DNA of 60,782 nucleotides, filler included, from Platydemus manokwari (taxonomy: Eukaryota), in the NCBI GenBank assembly GCA_037951405.1. It is 5 parts of 5 records of this genome, joined end to end, with 100 filler letters (N's around TTAATTAATTAA, not from the genome) between each part and the next. Parts side by side here need not be neighbours in the genome. Positions count along the whole stretch, not along the records: positions 51,082 to 60,782 come from JBBMOY011215433.1; 4 more parts are not named here. One strand, written 5' to 3'. Below the pieces are notes generated by a model. It had not been told where the DNA came from. It did not search any database and was given only the letters and a program-made list of their open reading frames with translations. Below, piece after piece: positions 55,301 through 60,782 of the stretch (position 1 is the stretch's first letter; every line of letters begins with the position of its first letter). A program made the translations under genes and the position numbers.

Positions 55301-57593
55301 TTAAAGAAGAAGGAAAACAAAAAGGCTTGATGAATGATGAAGGCTGTTATTTTAAAATGAATTATTTTGTTATCACAGTACGATTTTAATTATTTATTGG
55401 GTTTTGTTATATAAACAAACTGGATTATATTTAATATATAAAATAGATTTAGATAGATTAGAAATTTTTTTATCATAATTATCATAAGGGTTTTATTGGT
55501 ATGATCAATATAATTTTGATTTACAATAAATATATGGCCATCAAAGGGTCACAATAAGACAATAAATAAATAAATTTTATGTATGTGAAAATACAAAGAA
55601 GATTAAAATATTGAAAATGAATATTTCAATAAAATAGAAAAAATCATAATCAGACTAGCAGAGTAAAAATTAACCATTGGAAAATAAGAAAAGCAAAATG
55701 ATGAATTACATTTGAATAAAATAAATCTTTTCTTTATGATAAATATGAAATCAAGGGAAATAAAATAATTGGCCACGAATAAAATAAATCATTTTCTTTA
55801 AAGGATAAATTATAAATGGAATAAAATAAATAATAAGAAATTAGTTATAAAAGTTTCGCTCATACAAAGAAAACAGGAGCCCATAAAAGAAAATATAACT
55901 GGAGAAACAAAGAAATTCAATGGCAAGGAAATCTAATTGATTACAGATCTTTTGGTAAGAATAATTTCAAGCAAGACCCTTAACAACCCTTTGAGCAAAT
56001 ACATATAGTTGATACGGTTGGAAAGATATTCTTGTTTTTTAAAAACCAATAATAAACGTTGCGATATCTGTAAATTTATATTTATTTAAAAAAATTTTGG
56101 GTACCCATCATGTGCCGTCTCGATTGAATATAATTTCTCTAATCATTCGAACAAAGTATCTGATTTAACTAAAATAGTACTCGTTTACTGGAATATCAAA
56201 TAGATAATGCATTGAGGATCAACTATATGATTAAGAGAGTGCTCTAAATTCTTCGATTCCACCCAGAAGTTGATCTGAACAAATATTGTGCTGTGTCTAT
56301 TATAGATTCAGTATGGCAGCATTAATATTAATTGGAATTCGGAACAGCCTCGTAAATAAATATTGAAACCCAACACACACACACATTATATATATATATA
56401 CAATTCATTAAATATTTTTTCTGATCTATTAATTGATCTCGGTGCAAAAGTAGTTAATTTTTCCCTATAATACAATGTAGCTTTAATATTTTATCAATGT
56501 TCTCAATTTTTAAATATATATTTTATATGCCTAGTGTATACAAACGATCTTCTGAATATCGACCATTACCATGGTTGTACTTACTCAAGATAATTGCTAT
56601 GCAACTTTTTTCGAGAATTAAATTATTACCTCATCAGTGTCTGCCAGTTGTATACTTAACTAGATTCATTAACTTCGACTGTAATATGTTCGATGCAGAC
56701 ATGTTTATTATTGCTTATCATTGCAATGTTTTCATATAAAAAGAAATTCAAAATGTAGTAGAATAAATTGAAACTCATAATACAAAAACATTCAATGTGT
56801 TATTTATCTAAAATAATAAAGTTTTGTTTTGTGTATTTATTGTAAGGTAATAAGGCAAAGTAATACGACTTTGTTTAAGTTAAATAGCTTCACAAGAATT
56901 GAAAGAGTTTGAAAAAATGGCTAAAATTAAGAAAAGGAGTCCTAAAATAAAATTTTTAATTAGTTGAGTGTATTGCAAAATTCTATATAGTTTACTTAAT
57001 TATATTCTTTGAAAATATTTTGAATTTTTTATTGAAGTACTTAAGAAAAATTTTAATTATTTGGAATAAAATACTAAATACACTGGAGATTAAAAATTTC
57101 TTAAAATTTGATTATTTGAAAAAAAGGATCAAAGTAGGTCGAATTGCTAATTATTGAAAATTAGCGAGAACCCATTTTGTAACATTAGAAGCAAATTGAG
57201 AGATATTCTCAATTTTTACAATTATAATATACAAATATGATATTATTAAGTGATATTATTAAAAATTTTGTAATTAATTTACTCGATTTACAATTAAAAA
57301 ATTTTAATTTAAAAACTCAACTAATCGTGTTGTGATCAAAATAGGAACTTGATTATAAAACTAACTAAAATTATACGAATAAATCAAACATGGCCATTAT
57401 ATATAAGATTAAGTTAAAAAAATTACCTCGTGCGTGAAAATTCATTATTACAAAAGTTGGTCAAAGATTCCCTTTTCTTAATTTAAACCGAAAAAATAAA
57501 TTGTCGAAATTAATCTCAAAATCTTAATTAGAAAAATTATTTAACTGAAAAAATTTAACGATGTACTCAAATTAACAATAAATCATATAAAAC

Positions 57594-57838
57594 CTGAAAT
57601 ATAAAAGGAACAGCTTTGTCTTCACCAAGTTTGTTTATCAATCGCTCTTGTAATTTGGATAAATTTTCCACCTTCTGATCAGTGTATGGATAAATCTGTT
57701 GCCTTGATAAGTAAAGATCCTTGTGAAATGTCAATCCCAAAAGATCGAGACTATCTCCTCCATAACGAAATAAAGCCAACAAGTGGATGAAGACCTTCTT
57801 GTCTTTAAGATATTCGAGATCAAGGAGAACAATACCCT
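57594..57838 (-). CDS. Arrestin (beta/visual type) internal exon, N-domain
   Basis: GIVLLDLEYLKDKKVFIHLLALFRYGGDSLDLLGLTFHKDL..LSKLQERLINKLGEDKAVPF; AG/GT boundaries; other exons not located. Confidence 0.85.
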
Positions 57839-60038
57839 CTACAATGAAAATATGAGTAATTATTTACATAAAAAATAAATTTAAGACAGTGATATTGATG
57901 AATGACAATTGGATATCCCCAGTATATTCATAACACCAGAAGTAACAACCGATTATTATTAAAATAAACTATCGTGAGTGATTATATAGTTAGATATGTA
58001 ATGTCATCTCATATCAATGGTATCTATTTTATAGATAATTAATGTTGATATCCGTGTAAATTTATTTATTCATATTTTTGTCTTTGATATGTTATATGAA
58101 TCATATTTTTTATAACCATTGATAAAATTATATGCTGGCCGGAACAAAACATGTTTTCATCATTATTGTAAATTCTTTTGTGTATATCTAACTATTATTA
58201 TTGCATTGGGACTATATTATATTATTAGAGTTCATTTAAAATGTAACAATAGATATTATCAACAAAGACAATTAATTGAAAAACTAAATAATTATAATTG
58301 CCTTACATTTAAGGTTTAATAAACTCGAAATTATATCTTAACGAGATAGCAGTTCAATATTTATTTTCTCAAATCTAGTTCCAAAATCGACAACGATAAA
58401 TTATGGTTAAATAATTATCAAGAAGATCGGAAAAAATTTATATGTGTGATGTCAATAAAAAATGTAGATTTAGTAGGATTTTAATTGAATGGAATCAATT
58501 AGTTTAGCCAAGGATACACTATCAGAATACTTTATCAGGTTGATATGCTATTATTGATTGAGATCCCATTTTAATCACATATTTCATAATAAAATTTGCT
58601 AAACAATTTTATTGATCCTTTCGAATGAGTCAAATCATGTTTCATGAAACTTTTCGATACATTTTAAACGAATTATGAGTTCAATAGATTAATTCATATA
58701 GACGAGATAGAGAAGTTTTCCTTCAAAAGGAAATGGTACTTCCTGTTTCGCGATTAGAGATAAAAAAAATAAATAAAAGTTGACACTGAAAACATTTTCA
58801 TTATATTCACAATCTTTTCCATCATATTGATAATTACAGTTACATTTCAGTTAAAAATATTGGGAGATATATATTTTCTATGACCACTTGGAGAGAAAAT
58901 TCATGTTAATGCAGAACTGAAAATATTTATCATTTATAGCACAATTAAAGAAATCCCAAATTGTCAATGTCATTTCTAAATTATTACAAATTATATCATT
59001 TGGAATTTTAAATGAGGAAATTAAATATTTCGATAAAATCAATTCGTTACAATTATATGTTAAAAAATATGGTCTGACACCAACTTCCATATATTAACAA
59101 AGATCATTATTAGGCATCTCGGCCATCTCACAGTTTAAAAGAAACTGAAAATAAATTCAATAAAAGTCGTTAATTATGCCATTCGTCTAAAATTCAGTTA
59201 TATGATTGATTTTGTAGACTTTTTCCATTAATGGGATTCATCTGCATATTCGTCTGGAAATTTTATCGCAAATGGTGTGAACAAAACAAAGTTAAACAGA
59301 ATTATAAATATGGAATTATTTTATTGGTTCGATTTTACAAATAAATAAATAATTGAGCCCGTAAGAAACAGAGTTTTAAAATTTATAAGTCAATATACTT
59401 TGTAGGAGAATTATCTCGCTCATTTATCCATCATTATAAATTAAATTTAGAATTTTTAAAAATTTCTCCAGTCACTATTATTAGCACAAAAGTTGGATAT
59501 TTAAAGTACTTATTTATGAATATCCAGTAAACTATGAAAGTAAACGAAATTTTAACGAAAAGAAAGAAGTTCCTTTATGGATATGTTTGATACAAAACTA
59601 TTAGAGGTAATTTCCATAACAACGTCGTAGAATTAATTTAAAAATAATTTGATAAGAATTTTGAAATCAAAGAAACAAATTTCATACAAACTAGTTTTAA
59701 ATCCTTTGAAAAATATATTATTCATGAAATCACATGGAGCAGTGTTTTGCCATAAGCAATCGTTGATTACTCACATTCTCATTGCTGGAAAATCATAAAT
59801 AATATTCCATCATTAACCATGTTCTCACATTCGACGTGGTATAAACGTTATGCAATTAATCATTTAATTTTACAATATATGGGAATTATATTTTCCACTA
59901 ACAATCGATTTTAGGACAACCAGAAATGGCAGTCTCATCTAGCAAACTTGTTCATTAAATTTGAAATTTTATAAATAAATAAAAAAATTATAATTATTAA
60001 AATTACAATTCATAAATTATAATTACAGACAGGAACTT

Positions 60039-60580
60039 CGAGGTTTTATGATCAGTTTTAATGACAAACACAACTCATGATAATTGTGATGAGTATCAGA
60101 GATTTGTTGTTATGTTGAAACCAACAGTTTCTATATCGAATCAGAAGAATATTTTGTAATTTTTTTGACACATAATCATGATAGATTATTCCAATTACGT
60201 ATTTGAATACAATTACTAACAATCAATAAAAGTACATTCAACTATCAAATATTGTTAGTGGCTAACACTTCTTCGTTTTTATGTTATATTCAAAACTCAT
60301 AACTATTAACTCGCAAAAAAAATATTTCTATATTACATATTTTCCAAACAAATATTCCTTCTTTTCAAAATTCATATTAATATAAAAATTATTTTTTTAA
60401 CAAATTTAAATTTTATGAATAATAATTTTTTAACCGTTTTGAGAGGTTACAGTAACGGTCTGAGCAAGATAAATATTAAATATTTTTTTAATATAATCAA
60501 TTAAAAATATTTTTTGTGAATTATTAAATTTAATTTAAAAAAATAAATTTTAAATTATTTAATTTAAATTTTAAACCTCA
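60039..60580 (-). mobile_element. 3' LTR of a gypsy element
   Basis: Begins TGAGGTTT right after PPT AGAAAAGGGGGTG; ends ...AAAACCTCG (imperfect inverted terminus). Confidence 0.6.
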
Positions 60581-60782
60581 CACCCCCTTTTCTAAAATAT
60601 TTGATTTTTTCAACATTTCTTGTTATTACTGCTTCTTTTCAATTTTAAATCGGTAGCTTCTTTCATGATTCATCCCAATTACTTTGTATGGGCCTTCATA
60701 TCTTTCCTGATCCTTATTCCTCATCTCTTTCTTTATTAGTACCTCATCTCCTTCTTTGAATTTACGTTTAGTTGTTGCTTTT
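60581..60782 (-). mobile_element. Ty3/gypsy integrase C-terminus (GPY/F) and polypurine tract
   Basis: RKFKEGDEVLIK..RYEGPYKVI..RSY..RNVEKIK, then PPT. Confidence 0.85.

Overview
AT-rich eukaryotic (invertebrate animal, plausibly a planarian-type flatworm; inferred from innexin, ~40-55 bp introns and composition) scaffold made of five contigs joined by 100-bp N/TTAATTAATTAA spacers. Host genes: innexin (5' part), PPP1R8/NIPP1 (5 exons, -), CCDC43 (4 exons, +) and one arrestin exon (-). The rest is mostly decayed mobile DNA: Ty3/gypsy pol remnants, an R2/NeSL-type non-LTR element, pogo, hAT and piggyBac-type relics. The most interesting signal is an LTR-retroelement family seen in two pieces with homologous LTRs. 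Piece 1 (7099-13350, -) carries a decayed chuvirus/gB-like class III fusion glycoprotein, about four unknown ORFs, a polypurine tract and an LTR. Piece 2 (31629-36120, +) carries an LTR, a gag with 4-5 CCHC knuckles and an AT-hook ORF, with no pol visible. A tandem pair of degenerate hammerhead-ribozyme-like motifs (14066-14230) lies just upstream of the glycoprotein region. All homologies were recognised by eye, without database searches.
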